64,000 nt of DNA from NCBI RefSeq assembly GCF_009914755.1, contig NC_060947.1. One strand, given 5' to 3'. Under the pieces are notes generated by a model. That model saw only the letters and a program-made list of their open reading frames with translations, ran no database searches and was not told the origin of the DNA. A program made the translations under genes and the position numbers. The stretch is from the human T2T-CHM13v2.0 reference genome, Homo sapiens. Positions 27,836 to 42,082 of this stretch are shown here, in pieces. Within the stretch, counting starts at the first letter, position 1; each line of letters begins with the position of its first letter.

Positions 27836-28939
27836 ATGTGGAAGAGGTGGTAGGGGCCTATGAGGCTAAGTGTGGTTACGAGGTGAAAGCCAGGTATTAG
27901 AACTGAGCCACCAGATGGGGATTAGGTACAGCAAGGATGCAAGCACAGAGCTACAGACTGGACACATGTACCTAGATGAATCCCTCATGATTCAGATAAA
28001 AAAAAGAATGATCTTGCCATTTGGGGCAGAACTGAGCAAATGATGGAGGTATGAACGTTCTGAGCGACCATTCGGGGCACAAAAATGGGGATAACAGTCT
28101 TTCAGACACATTTTCTTTTTGTTAAAGAAGAACAAATGTTAGATTGCCCTTTTGTGTTGTGAAATATGTCAGTATATCATGGAATCAAAATGTCAGTATC
28201 CAAATAAATGTCCAAATGTTGAGAAAGCTGACTCAACTGTCCTCTATATTCTAGAAATCCGTCTCTTTAACAGTCATATGCTTATTGCATTTCAGAGGAC
28301 AAGGGCCCTTAGAAATGTCATTCCTCACAATTTATAGGATTATTGCCCAAAGTGTGTATTTTTACTAATACACTTGGAGATTAGTTTGTTTGATTGTTTC
28401 ATGTCAGAAAGAAAAATAATAATAATACTTAGAATATTCTAAGGGTTGTTCTAAGTGCCTTAAATTTTTTAACTCATTTAATCTTCACAAGAACCTCATG
28501 AGATGAACATCATCATCATCAACATCATCGCCACTACCATTTACATAAGAATAAACTGAGGATCATAGAGGTTAATTGGTAATTGGACCAGATTTCAAAT
28601 CCAAGCAGCCCAGCACCAGAGGCAATTTTCTCAAGCACTGAGTGCTATCATATCAGCAACTCTGTGTTTTAGAATCTGGTTAAAAGGGCATGCTCTGGAG
28701 TCCTAGACTGCTGTTACATGTTGCATCTCCAGTTTTCCTTGACAAGTGGTAATAAATGTTTGATATTTTTCATAATTGATAAAAATTACTTACATAAGAT
28801 TTATACTAAGTAATCCAATGTCCAGTAATGCTGTGCAAGAAGAGTCTGGTTTTTCTCATCCATTATTCTGTATTTGAGCATCAAACAAAGGCCTCAAATA
28901 CTGATGCTCTCTGTTTCCTAGAGAGTATGTTATACTGCT

Positions 28940-29238
28940 GGCCGGGCGCGGTGGCTCACGCCTGTAATCCCAGCACTTTGGGAGGCCGAGGCGGGTGGAT
29001 CACGAGGTCAGGAGATCGAGACCATCCTGGCTAACATGGTGAAACCCCGTCTCTACTAAAAAAAATACAAAAAATTAGCCGGGCGCGGTGGCTGCCGCCT
29101 ATAGTCTCAGCTACTCGGGAGACTGAGGCAGGAGAATGGCGTGAACCCAGGAGGCGGAGTTTGCAGTGAGCCAAGATCGCGCCACTGCACTCCAGCCTGG
29201 GCAAAAGAGCGAGACTCCGTCTCAAAAAAAAAAAAAAA
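28940..29238 (+). mobile_element. AluY, full length
   Basis: CpG-rich, GAGATCGAGACCATCCTGGCTAAC; imperfect TSD gagagtat(g/a)ttata(c/t)tg. Confidence 0.95.
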
Positions 29239-32043
29239 GAGAGTATATTATATTGTTTTGCCCTGTACTTAACTGATGTTGTACCCGTGTACTTAACTGC
29301 TGCTGCTGCCCGTGGGGATATTTTCTAGGGTATCTGTGAGTTTCCATCTTTGTCTTTGCTAACTATTTCAAAAGTTCAGGCTCAATTTTTGGAGTTGCTA
29401 TGTTTGTTTTCTATTTCCTATTTTAACTACTTCTTGTTCATTTAAATGTTCTCTCACCGTAGTTTAGTGGGATTTTTTTTTTTTACTTTTCTCTAAGCGT
29501 TAGCTACAAAAATAACTTAATAGGCTTTTAGTTCATTTTCTTCTTCACTGAATAAGAATATTAAAATCAAATTTACCTTCACCGAACACTTAATAACTTT
29601 TTTCATTTCCAAGAAGGCCCAGTGCCATTTGTAACTCTTGTTAAAGTTTAATTTAGCAGTTTCCAATTTTTGTAACAGTCGACTTATCCAGGCTAATTTG
29701 ATTTAATATTTCTAACAGAATGCCAGGAAACACTCTGTTCCTACAATAAGAACATGTCTGATTCATTTAAATGAATAAGAACACGTCTGGTTCATGTAAA
29801 TAGACTTCAGCGGCATTTTTGTTTTGGTGTTGTGCAGTCAAAAAATATTTCCGAGAGAATATCAGGACTTGGAAAGAAACCAAGAAAATGAATACAAAAC
29901 AACTCTAAGATACATATCATTCTAAAGCAAGTAAAATCCTCAAGACCAAATAATATAATTTAAACAACCATTTAACATTGATAATGTTTACTAAGAATGG
30001 AAGTGGTAGACTTTACCAGAAAATATAGTTGAGTTGGGGTGGGACGTGGGGGTGTGCAATAGAGAAACCAAACTTGGAAAGAAGCCATCAGATAATGATG
30101 TTCCAGGTTCAAATATAAACTTTAAATCCAAATATACTTTTATCTGGATTATAAAAACGAAAGTTCAGCAACAGCCCACTTTGTAAACACAGAACAAGAG
30201 TGATCATATCAAACAGGTTTACTTAATACAAATAGCAGAGTATAGACAAATCCATTAATATATCCCCCTAAGAGCTATTTATGTACAACAATAGTCTTCT
30301 CTCCCTGGTGTGAAGTTACATTAAAATCAGTATATGATTAAAATTTTTGAAATTGATTTCATTAAATCAAGTGACATTATATCAAAGATCAGTTTTCAAA
30401 CAAAGCAGTAAGAGCCTATTGCAAAATAGGCATTTTTCCCAACTTTCAACAGATAATGGTATATCCAAAGATGTCTGTGGCCACAAACAAATGTATAATT
30501 TTTAAGTTGCATATTTTGACTAGAACTAGATATGTACTAAAAAACCATTTTGTGATGAAGAATCACTTCCCACTAATTGAGAGACCAGCACAGGGAGAAT
30601 ACTATTGATCTTAAATACAAGGAAGTCCAGACATTAATATGGAAAAAATATAGATTGGGATGTCCTGTTTGCATTAGCCATGTTCAAGAAGGAAGAATTT
30701 AATTTGCTTTGAACTACTCACAGCTGCCATCTAATTATTTTTGTTGACTGTTACAGAGTTTGAGCTCCAAACACAGGAAGGTTATTTCTAAATCAGTTAT
30801 ACACAACAACCAAACAGCTATTGATTTTCTTTCAAGTGAATTCCCATCTGACTCTTATTGTTCTTGTGAATAATAGTCATATGTATGGCTTTATACTTAA
30901 GCACAATAGGATATAACTAAATATTGGCTCAACTCAGACCTAAAGAGTAGGTTCCTGAACAGTGAGAATATCATCTAGTGATAATCTTTCACTGCTTATA
31001 CTGGGAAAAATGTTGAACCTGGGTCAGCAAACATGAAATGTAGGTTCAGTACTGCTCCTAATGATAATGCCAAAGGCTCACACTTTCTGAGGATTTACCG
31101 TGACTCAAGAACTATTCAAGTGTTTTCTATGTAACCAAGGCATACAGAGGTTCAGTCATGTTTCTCAGAAATTTTAGAGCCAAGATTTAAACCAGAGTTC
31201 CTGCTTTGTACCAGAGTCACTTTGGTCAGCTTAAGTAACTTCCAAAGGCATCTTCCTGGGGTATTTTTTCCTGCTGCACCAATTTTTACCTTTCTTCCTG
31301 ATTCTCAGGCTCACTCAATCTATACTGGTATCTGCGAACCTGTCACTGACCTCACCCCATCTCCAGCATCTCACTGATTGGTTTCCTCTCCATGATCTTT
31401 TCTTAAGGGGACCCTGCATTCTTTGGGCCCCTCATCATTACTCAAGGCCCCTAGATCTACTGGCCCCCTCAGTCCTCCTAGTCCCTCAACCACCACCAAC
31501 TCCTCCTCTCCTAGCTTAGCTCCCCCATTCCTGCTCACAGGAGCCAGGTAGCATCAGGACCTCCCCAATCTCATTTTCCTCTCTACCCTCTCCACACTCT
31601 GACTACTGTTTCAGCTTTTATTTCTTTCTTTAGTCAGGGCAATCTGCTCTGATGTCATATCCTACATCCTCTCTACACTGTCATAATAAAACTCTTTTGG
31701 TATGTACAAGTGTGTACCCTCCAAAGCAGGAGTGCTGGGCACTGGTATAAATTTGACCAATACAAAATTAAACACACACACACACCTGTGTGTTATGTTG
31801 TATATTATGTTATATATAATATTGTTGTGTGTGTACATATATGTTATATGTATGTATATTTAATTCTACAGTATATTATAGTGGTCAAGAGCACAGTCAA
31901 TAGAGTCAGACCCCTTAGTCAGAATCCAGCTTCACCACTTACAAGCTGTGTAACACTGGACAAGTTACTTAACCTCCCTCTGCCTTGGTTTTCCTACCTG
32001 TAATATGGGAATAGTGAAAGTATCTAAATCAAATAATTGATAT

Positions 32044-32639
32044 TGTAAACCAAAAGGTATCTGAGACAGGTCTCAATCAATTTACAAAGTTTATTTTGCC
32101 AAGATTATGGATGTGCCAGTGATACAGCCTCAGGAGGTCCTGACGACATGTGCCCAAGGTGATTGGGACACAGCTTGGTTTTATACATTTTAGGGAGCCG
32201 TGAGACATCAATCAGTATAGGTAAGATGAACATTGGTTCAGTCAAGAAAGGCGGGACAACTCTAAGCAGGGAGGGGGCTTCCAGGTCACAGGTAGATAGG
32301 AGACAAATGGTTGCATTCTTTTGATATTTTGATAAGCACAATTTACAGGAATAGTCACTTATGCCTTAGTCTGGCTTAGTGAAAAAACAGGGCAAAGGAA
32401 GCAATCAGATACACATTTGTCTTCTGTGACAGAGGGATGACTTTGAGTTCTCCCTGTCCTTTGTCCACAAGAAATTTCCCTGTGAGAAAAATTGTGAGGG
32501 AGGTATGTAGCTTTTTTATCTTTGTAGGTATCTTATTTAGGAATAGAATGGGAGGCAGGTTTGCCCAATGCAGTTCCCAGCTTGACTTTTCCCTTCGGCT
32601 TAGTGATTTTGGGGTCCAGAGATTTATTTTCCTTTCACA
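32044..32639 (-). mobile_element. MER4A-type ERV1 solo LTR inserted in a MIR
   Basis: Minus strand begins TGTGAAAGGAAAATAAATC; TG...CA termini; MIR sequence on both sides. Confidence 0.8.
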
Positions 32640-35163
32640 ATGTAAAGATTGTACTGTTCATATATGTAAATCAAGAATTCATAACAGGGCCTGAAACTTG
32701 TATATAAGTGCTGAGTGTTCACTATCATTATTACCATGACTCATAAGGAAAAAGCATTAAGGCAAGTATAATAATGGAGCAGGAAATATACATTTAAGTG
32801 GAAAATATAGTACAACATGGATAATATGACATGTGTGATTAATTACGACTTGAATAATGCGAAGCATGTAATTATTTTTGGCTTTGCATTTGATATCTGA
32901 GGAATCCCACCATTTCACATGAAAAAGTGCATGTGACAAGGAATCTTCCAGGAATTTTGCATTAGAAGTTCCTTTTGATCCTCCTCAAAACCCTGTGAAG
33001 TTAGTACTATTATTATCTCCACCCTGTATGAAAAGAAACCAAGGTTCAGAGAGGTTAAGTAACTTAGTTTCTGTAACATAGTAATTGCCAAAGCTAGGAT
33101 TTGAATGCAGAGCTTCCTGACTCCAAAACCTGACTCTTTGCAATTCTCCACTTGAGGTGTCCATTGGAACCCCATAGGACGTTAAAAAAAATCCATGGAA
33201 CACAAACTCAAGAGATTCTGTTTTTTTGAAAAGCAGCTTTTGTGAGATATAATGTACATACTATACAATTCACCCATTTGAAGTGTACAATTCAATGTTT
33301 TTTTTTTTTTAGTCTATTCACAGTGCGTTTAGCCATCACCACAATCTAATTTCAGAACACTTTCGCTCTGGGCGGGCATGTCCACAGAATCCCTGGGGTC
33401 TTAATTTCAAAGCCACAGACCTTGTAGGAGTCTTGAATGAACTTCAAATGATTTGTGAACTTTTTCTAGGATCCACAGCTTTCACTATCTTCTCTAAGGT
33501 GATAAAAATATAAGCCAAAAATGTATTAAGAAACTCTAGACCAGAATGGCCTTGAACTTTAAGGTACAAATCACTGGGGGACCTTGTTAAAATTTAGATT
33601 CAAATTCAGTAGCTCTGGAATGCGCTAGGCCTACTATCATTAATTTTAATGATAGGAATGCTCACTTTAAGTTAGATGTTATGTGCCCTAAAATTCCATT
33701 CTTCTCTTTAGTAGATCTATGCTATGAAATAACTGCACTCAATTATTATTGTTATATTTTTAATGTCATCGGTAAAATATTGGCAGACATTTATTTTCTT
33801 GATTGATGCATACTTATCCACAAAATAGCTATGGTTTTGGCTCTTGGCGCAAAAAGTCTAAAATATTTACTAATTGTTCCTTAATAGAAAAAGTTTGCCA
33901 ACCTCTAATATAGACCATGGGGGAAAGCCACCTTTAAGGAGCAGAAATGTTGTTCATCTTACTCTCCACAGCTCCTTGCTACATGTGGCAGACATGACAT
34001 TATCAATCAGACTTATAGGAATCCTAACCAAGTATGAGGGGCAGCAAGCTGGCTATATTTATGTATAACTCCTCCTCTAGAGGAGAAATCTGGGCAGATG
34101 AGGGTCAACTTCACTTTTAGTTTAAAAATACATCTCCCTAGAGCTTCAAGCTGCTCTCCTGGGTGATAGCATGGGTGGGTGTCCACAAAAGACCTTCATG
34201 CATTTTCAGTTAGGTCATGTCTCTATGATCTTGGAAGCAAGATTCCCTAAGAGTAGTCTGCAATCCATATAGAGAGCTTGGTTAATTGGGTTTGGATGAT
34301 GGTTCACCAAACGTACAGGTAGAATATTTTATCTTCTTACACTCACCTTCAAGCTACTTACATTAAGGTGTTTGTTCAGAACATTGAACTTTCAAGAGCT
34401 GTCTGACCATGCATTTCATATGTATGAAGGCATTTCTGCTTATTTTCCAACACTAACTCACTTTGAATGCTGCAAAAATGATCTATGCTATGTTAATGCC
34501 TGAATATGCATGACTTCAAAATTCTCCAGGCTTCAGGTGGTCTCCTGCACCATAAGCCTCTACTGCAGAGCATCCTCTTAGACATCCATCTTGAACTATT
34601 TTTTCCTTATGTCTTAGTCTATGACTTTAGATCTCCTAACTAATGGTTGATTTTTCAGCCAATTTTGTTGTTGTTGTTGTTGTTGTTTTTTGATGCGAGA
34701 GGTTGCCCATTCTCAAAACCCACTTCCTTCTTCCAACCAATGCCCATTGCTACAAGGCCCGCAACTGTGTTCAGCTTTCAGCATGCTCCAGGGGAACAAG
34801 TACAAAGTCTGACCTGGATGGAATTAGATTATGCACCAAAATAATTCCAGGATTTACTAATTTATATCATTAGAAACCTAGAATGTTAGGCCAAGGAAGA
34901 TGTAATATAACACTGGATTAGGCCAAATGTATTGATATGGTGCATTTTTCAGAGATTCTGGATTTAGTGTGATACTTCTTGCAGCTGGAGGTGTTGTTAA
35001 CAGTTTACTTGATTGTTTAGTTGAAATGTGAACTTAGCAATGACCTACATCATTGACTCTGTGTGATATACTTGACTCCCAGTTCATTAGACTTAACTAA
35101 CTGCTCCTCCCATTCTGTTGATCATCCCTCTTCAGTCTCTTTCATCATCTCATTTATTCCTCT

Positions 35164-35854
35164 TGTCCCTGGACCAAACCGAAGATCAGGCTGCTTATTC
35201 TCATGGCCCGATAACGAGATTCAGATAAGCTGGGAAAGAAGGAAGTTTATTTCTGTAACCGGCTATGGCTGAAAAATATCTCCAGACCAACTCAAAATTA
35301 CAAAGTTTTTTGACTTTGTAATTTTGAGTTGGTCTGGAGATATTTTTGACAAAGAGCTTATATACCTTCTAAGCTATATGTCTACATGTAAGTGTGCATT
35401 CATCTAAAGACATAAGTGATTTACTTCTTCTATTCTATAACTAAGATCTGACTCCTAAAGACCTTCCTCTGGAGCCTCAGTAAATTTACTTAATCTAAAT
35501 GGGTCCAGGTGCCGGCGGTGATTACCCTTATCTTGTCTCCTGCTAAATCATGGAGGTCTGGGGAGTTCCTTCAGACCCCCAATAAACTTGTTTGTGGAGG
35601 TCTGGGGCGTTTCTTCAGACCCCCAGTAAAGTTTGTTTTATCCTAAATGGGTCCTGTTAAGAATTCCTTCATTATCTTGCCATACTTCAAGGCCCAGGAA
35701 AGGCCTGGGCAAAACTCTTGGTGGGCTTTTGTTACCTTCCAGCCTTTGTATAAGGGCACTGGCTCTATCAGCTTTTAATATTTAACTTCACCACTCAGTC
35801 AGTGCTGAAACAGTTGTTATGGAGGCCTGCGTTAGTGAGACCTGGCCTGCCACA
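35164..35854 (-). mobile_element. ERV1 solo LTR (MER34/MER39/MER49 group)
   Basis: Minus strand begins TGTGGCAGGCCAGGTCTCACTAACGC; perfect TSD ctct at 35160-35163 and 35855-35858. Confidence 0.7.
35272..35347. repeat. Perfect 35-bp inverted repeat, 6-nt spacer
   Basis: 35272-35306 is the exact reverse complement of 35313-35347. Confidence 0.97.
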
Positions 35855-37200
35855 CTCTGTCCATTCTTTAAATATTGTTGCTTCTCATGATTCTATCTTT
35901 TGCCCCTTTCACTTCTCTTCCTGGTAATCTCACTTGCTTGCACAGCATCAACCACCATCCACCATCGAGGCACCAATGATTCCCAATTAAATACCTCTAG
36001 TATAGACATCTGATAAGCTATAAACAGTTTATGGGAAGTTTCCTATTCTAAATGCCTTTCTGGACAGGTCTTTGTTGTTGCATCATAAGTACCTTTGTTG
36101 TTGCACCATAAGTATCCGGACCTCAACATATCTAAATTGCAATTAATTATTTTTTTTTCTCTTTCAACGTTTTTTGTCTTGTACTCTCCATCACTGTGAA
36201 CAGTATTATCATCAACATTTCTAGGCTTTACCCCCGTGTTACTGAATCAGGCTCTCTGGAGATAGACACCCAGAAATCTATTTTTAACAATATACTTAGG
36301 TATTCTTATGCACACTAAAATTTAAAAACCTTTGCAGTTCCCCATGCTGGAAACCTCAGAGTCATTCTCTTTTCTCTTCCATACCACCCACATCGAAGAG
36401 GTCACTGGATCTTATTGAGATTATTCTAAAACGTCCCAAAAGTGACTCTTATTTTCCTTCCCACTACACAGCTTTAGTTCCTAATCTCTCCCTGGCACTT
36501 CTGCAAGAGCCTCCTCATTTTGTCTACCTGACCTTTCCCCTGTCTTTCATCCAATCACTGAGTGCTGGTCTTTCAAAAAACAAATAAAAAATTCAAATAT
36601 GATTGCGCTGTTCCTTGGCTTTAAAGCTTCAACAGCTTGATGGCATGAGAACAGTTTTCAGGCTTCTTAAGGTCATGGAATTCTTTCTTCAAATAAAATC
36701 CTACCAGGAAATCTAACTTATAGAACAGATGAAAACGGAGCTGCTCTGTTTGAAGCAGTCGTCGGCGCCACAGGCTTGGCCACTCAGCCTCTTTCGCTGT
36801 GTTTCCTAAGAAAACATTCCTGAAGATACAGTTTGAAAAACACTGGATAAAGTCCATATTCTTTGTTTGGATGCCAAATTCCTCCCACTCTGACATCCCC
36901 CTTTCTCTTAGCTTTCCAATATTAACCCAGACCCCAGACCTGGAGTTAGTCACTATTTCTTCTGGACTAGTTGTGTGTTCTTATGACTTTTTCACATTTG
37001 CTGTCTCTACAACCTAGAATGACCACTTTTTTCTTCCTAATTGTTTTTTCCTTTGTGTTCTCAAAGCCAAAATTGGGATTTATGAAACTGTGATTTTATG
37101 TTTATGCTTGTCTCCACTAGAAAATAATAGAAAATAGAGAAGCCCCTTGAAAACAGAACCTATGCATTCTTCATGAATGTATCCCCTAGATCCAGCACAG

Positions 37201-37530
37201 TTTCTTTTTTTGTTTTTTATTTGTTTGTTTGTTTGTTTGAGACAAAGTCTCACTCTGTCGCCCAGGCTGGAGTGCAGTGGCGTGTTCTTGGCTCACTGCA
37301 CCCTCCACCTCCCACGTGGAGGGTGCCTCAGCCCGGGTGCCTCAGCCTCCCAAGTAGCTGGGACTACAGGTGTGTGCCACCATGCCCAACTAACTTTTTA
37401 TTTATAGCAGAGATGAGAGCTCATTATATTGCCCAGGCTGGTTTCGAACTCCTGAGCTCAGGTGATCCGCCCGCTTCGGCCTCCCAAAGAGCTGGGATTA
37501 CAGACCTGAGTGAGCCACAATGCCTGGCCC
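37201..37530 (-). mobile_element. Old Alu (AluJ/AluS)
   Basis: Alu dimer with a (TTTG)n-derived tail. Confidence 0.9.
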
Positions 37531-37996
37531 AACATAGTTTCTGACACATGATTCTATACGTGTTTACTGCACGAACATTTATATGCTCTATAACTCATTC
37601 TATCTGTTCTTTGGTTTTATATTTTCTTCAGACCGAACATGTCTTTTTGAATTAAACATCACTTTAGGAACTAGATGTATTAACTTCAAAGCTATATGAC
37701 ACTCATACTGTTCTTTGCCTGTGTTGTAGCCTAGCATGATAATTATTGATAATCAGTGGATATATGCATTGTGCATCATGACATATGAAGCAGAGGTAAT
37801 ATGGCTATAAGATATTTTTGACAGAAATGCCATTTGCTGTATTTTTTTAACTGATTTTATATGTAACATGTATTCATTGTAAAAACATATAAAGAAAATT
37901 ATAAAGAAGATATTAAAATACATTTATAACTATCCAGAAATAGACTTAATATTTTGGCTTATTTTTTCTCATTCTTTCTTCTATAATACATATATG

Positions 37997-38003
<7 letters not shown>

Positions 38004-38045
<42 letters not shown>
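38004..38045. repeat. (TA)n microsatellite
   Basis: Direct observation. Confidence 0.95.
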
Positions 38046-38047
<2 letters not shown>

Positions 38048-39889
38048 CTTTTAATATAATTGGGACCATACTGCATAAGTAATTTTGTATCCTGAGTTTT
38101 TTTCACTGCCTTTGTATTGTGAGCCTTCAAGCATGCCATCACATATAAAAAGACTATTAGTATTATTAATAATGGTATTAATTAAAAATTATGATGTTTC
38201 TAAGGAATTGCTAAGATTTATAAATTCTTAATAGAAAGTCTAGGAAGCCAGAGACCTCTGGGTATTTTGTGAATCAAAGGGAATGGAGGTTTGTGTTGGA
38301 CTGATGCATTTTAATGACGTATTGCTTAACTTCGTTGAGAATAGAAACGATGGAGGGGTCTAAATTTTCTGAGCATCTGTTATATGCCAGGCATTGTGCT
38401 AGACACTTTTTATACATTAACTCATTTTAATATTCAAATGATATATTCTTCAAACCCAGGAAGTAGATATTAATATGCCCATTTAACAGATGAATAAACT
38501 GAGATGCAAAGACAAAGTAGCACATCTATGTTATTATCTCAGGGAGTAGAATTTTAATTCCATTAGTTTCCAAAGCCCATACCCTTTCCTCTACCCCACA
38601 CTTTCTCCAACACCAACTTTGAGAGGGTACACAAAGTCAGTCTTTTATTCTGAAGATGTTGTATTAGCAGTGCTTACCCTGTGGACCATAAGCCCTTGGG
38701 TGACCACAGTTTATAAACCCCTGAAATTACCTCCCTTTGTCATTAGAATGTATATGTATATTTTTGAGGTAGAGAGCCTATAGTTGTCACTGATTATCTA
38801 AGGGATCAACTGTTCCCAACAATGTTTATGAATCTCTACTGCAAATAATGGGATGTATACAAGTATTGCAGAAGCCCTTTGAGGAGTCTTTAGTTTTGCT
38901 TGTCAGGCCCTGTGGTGAGGGGCTATATTCCAATTTTCATTTTAGGCATCACTTCTCAAATGTCTTATTTTGCATTTAATTCATAAATTTATTCATTTGG
39001 CAATATTTTCAAATACCTACTATGGTGCCAGGAGTTGTGAGGTGTTAGGAATACAGGGCTGATCAAGACAAAACGAGATATCCCACAGAGCTTAGACATT
39101 AGCAGGGAAAACCAATGCATGTTGGTTAAAATCAGCATTTTAAATCAGCATGATGAGTGCTTGGCATAGTCCTTAGCATTGTTCACCAAATATTTACGAT
39201 TTCTTCCTCTTGTAGGCAGATGGCAGGATACCATTTACTGGCCCCCTTGTAATTGGGTAGGGCTAAGTGACCATCAGTTCTGTTTAAGGAGTTGTAAGTA
39301 GAAATAATGTTTTTCACTTCCAGGCCAGGACATTTAATTCCTACTATGAAACCTTTCAGAACTCTTTTTTCCCTCTGGTGTGGCAATTGGCAGTGTTCAA
39401 GATGGTAGCTCCCTAAACAGCCTGGATTCTTGAGGGATATATAGCATGGCCAAGAAATATGAAATAAACCTGTGCTGTTACAAGCTGTTGCAATTTGCGA
39501 GTTATTTGTGTCACAACATAGTCTACCCCAGTACTGCTCAAAATGTCTGTGATGAAGGATCAGGTTGTTTGTTACTTTTATTTTCAACCTGGATAGAATA
39601 GTATTTTTGCAAAATACAATTTAAGTAAATTAGCAGATAAATGAGACATGAAATACATAAACATTCAAGTACAAATTTTCATCAGATTCAACAGATTTAA
39701 AATTACTCTGTCAAATTACTATAAAAATTTCTAAATGCTTATTCTTAATTTCTTTACTTATATAATTGCAAACCAGTAAGTTTACAGACCTGCACTGGTT
39801 TGCAACCCAAACTTTGAATAAAGCTGTATTAGCCTATCCCAACTGATACAGTGTTACTGTAAGAGAAGTATGAAAATGTATTGGATAGA

Positions 39890-40380
39890 TACTATGAGTT
39901 TCCAATTGCTGCTGTAGCCAATCACCACAAACATATTGTCTTAAAACAATACAATGTATTATCTTACAGTTCTGAAGGTTAAAAGTCCAAAATGAGTCTT
40001 GGGAGACTAAAATCATGGTGTTAGCAGGGTTGCATTTCTTCTGGAGCCTGCAGGAGAATCTGTTTCCTTGTCTTTTCCAGCTTCTAGAGGCCATCTGCAT
40101 TCCTTGGCTTGTGGCTGTTCCTCCAACTTCAAAGCCCATCACCTCAGCCTCTGCTTATGTCGTCACACCTGCTTTTCTGACTTTAACTCTACTACCTCCC
40201 TCTTGTAAGGATCATTGTGATTACATTGGGATCACCCATCTAATCCAGGCTAATCTCTTTATCTCAAGACCTTTCACGTAATCACATCTGCAAAGTTTTG
40301 CCATCTAAGGTAACATATTCACAGGTTCTGGGGATAAGGATGTGGACTTCTCTGGGAGCCATTATTCAGTTTATCATAGA
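39890..40380 (-). mobile_element. MLT1 (C/D-type) MaLR LTR
   Basis: ttgctgctgtagccaatcaccacaaac...aatcacatctgcaaag...acaggttctggggataaggatgtggac. Confidence 0.75.
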
Positions 40381-41495
40381 TAGCTAAGCTAAACTAGGAG
40401 TCAGCCATTTAAGTAGATCCCTGTGGATACTTAGGAATTAGGAGATGGAGAAATGGGGGAAGTATCCCAGGCAGAGTCTTACAAATAGGAAGATCTGGAG
40501 GTGAGGAAGATTATGGCTTTTTTAGAGGAATGAACTTTTGAGTGTGGTTAGAGGATAGATACGAGAGAGAGAGATCAGCAAGGGACAAATCATGAAGGGT
40601 TTTGTAAACCATATTAAACAACTTGAACTCTTAAAGAGCAAAGGGAAGACATCAAAGGGTATTCAGTATAAAAGCAACAATTATCAATTTGTATTTTGGA
40701 ATTGCATATAGAAGAGCCAGATTGGAGGCACAAAACTATGATGCTGATGAACCACGGTGGTGTCACCTAATTCACAGCATGTCTGAAACCCAAATCCATT
40801 ATTTCCCACAAAAGCCAGCACATTCTCCATCTTCCCTATTGTTTTCTTCTAGGATTCAATTCTTAACATTATTTTTAGCCTCTTTCTTTCTTTGGCTTCT
40901 TACTCTAGTCAGTCACCACACCTTATTGGTTCTTGAAAATTTTTTAAAGACATAATATATGGTTACATGAATACATCCAAAATAATAAACAATATGGAAA
41001 TAAGTCCCTTTTCATCCCTTCTCTGACCCCTAACAATCCAACTCTCATCTTCATATGCAACCTGATTCATTATCAATATGTATTATCCTGTGCCTTTTAT
41101 TATGCATTTACATTTATTATGTACATGCATATATCTACTGCATTGTTTTAAAAGCATTTGCATTAAAAAGCATAATTATCTTGTCTATTTTCAGCTCGCA
41201 ATATAACTTAGATATTTTCCATGTCAATATATTTATTTTAAATGCCTCATTTTAAAATTGAACATCGGTATTGCTCTCTTTTCCAGCTTCGAGAGCTTCT
41301 AACTCTAATAGATTCTAACAGTTTCTAACTTTAGACTATTACAAACTTTATCTTATAACTTATTTTTCAAATCTTTCTCTTTTGAAATTTTTATTAAGGC
41401 TTTCTCTTAGCCAGCATTTTTAAAGGTAGAAGTAGTCTTCTCTTTAAAAATATCAAAATACACAATGCCAAGAAAATAAACAGTGATCTTAAATA

Positions 41496-41575
41496 TTAGG
41501 TTGGTGTAAAAGTAATTGCAGTTTTTACCATTAAAAGTAATGGCAAAAACTGCAATTACTTTTGCACCAACCTAA
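41496..41575 (-). ncRNA. MIR548AJ2: MADE1 (Hsmar1 MITE) palindrome, a miR-548 family hairpin, probably MIR548AJ2
   Basis: 80-bp near-perfect palindrome with TA TSDs; minus strand contains TGCAAAAGTAATTGCAGTTTTTG and TAAAAACTGCAATTACTTTTA, matching miR-548aj-5p/3p as I recall them. Confidence 0.75.
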
Positions 41576-41708
41576 TACCTTTTTCCAAACTGAGAGCTCT
41601 GTGAAAATTCACAGTGGACATTAAAGACTCTGAGAAGTTCTGTAGAAAAAAAAATATTTAACTTGGTTTAACTCTACATATCCAAATTTTTTGTTGAACT
41701 ACATCACT

Positions 41709-42082
41709 TGATATGGTTTGGCTGTGTCCCCACCCTAATCTCTTGAATTGTAGCTCCCACAATCCCCACGTGTTGTGGGAGGGACCTGGTGGGAGGTAAT
41801 TGAATCATGGAATCATGGGGACGGGTTTTCCCATACTGTTCTGGTGATAGTGAATAAGTCTCACGAGATATGATGGTTTAATAAAGGGCAGTTACCCTGC
41901 ACTCGCTCTTTTGCCTGCCACCATGTAAGACATGCCTTTGTTCCTCCTTTGCCTTCCACCATGATTGTGAGGACCCCCACCCCAGCCATATGGAAATGTG
42001 AGTCCATTAAAGCTCTTTTTTTTTAAATAAATTACCCAGTTTCAGGTATTTCTTCATAGCAGTATGAAAATGGACTAATACA
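41709..42082 (+). mobile_element. THE1 (C/D) MaLR solo LTR
   Basis: tgatatggtttggctgtgtcccc...atggactaataca; 5-bp TSD tcact/gcact. Confidence 0.88.

Noticed and set aside
29745-29803. 29-bp two-copy tandem repeat (similar small ones near 25060 and 36070)
   Set aside because: Ordinary slippage duplications with no sign of function
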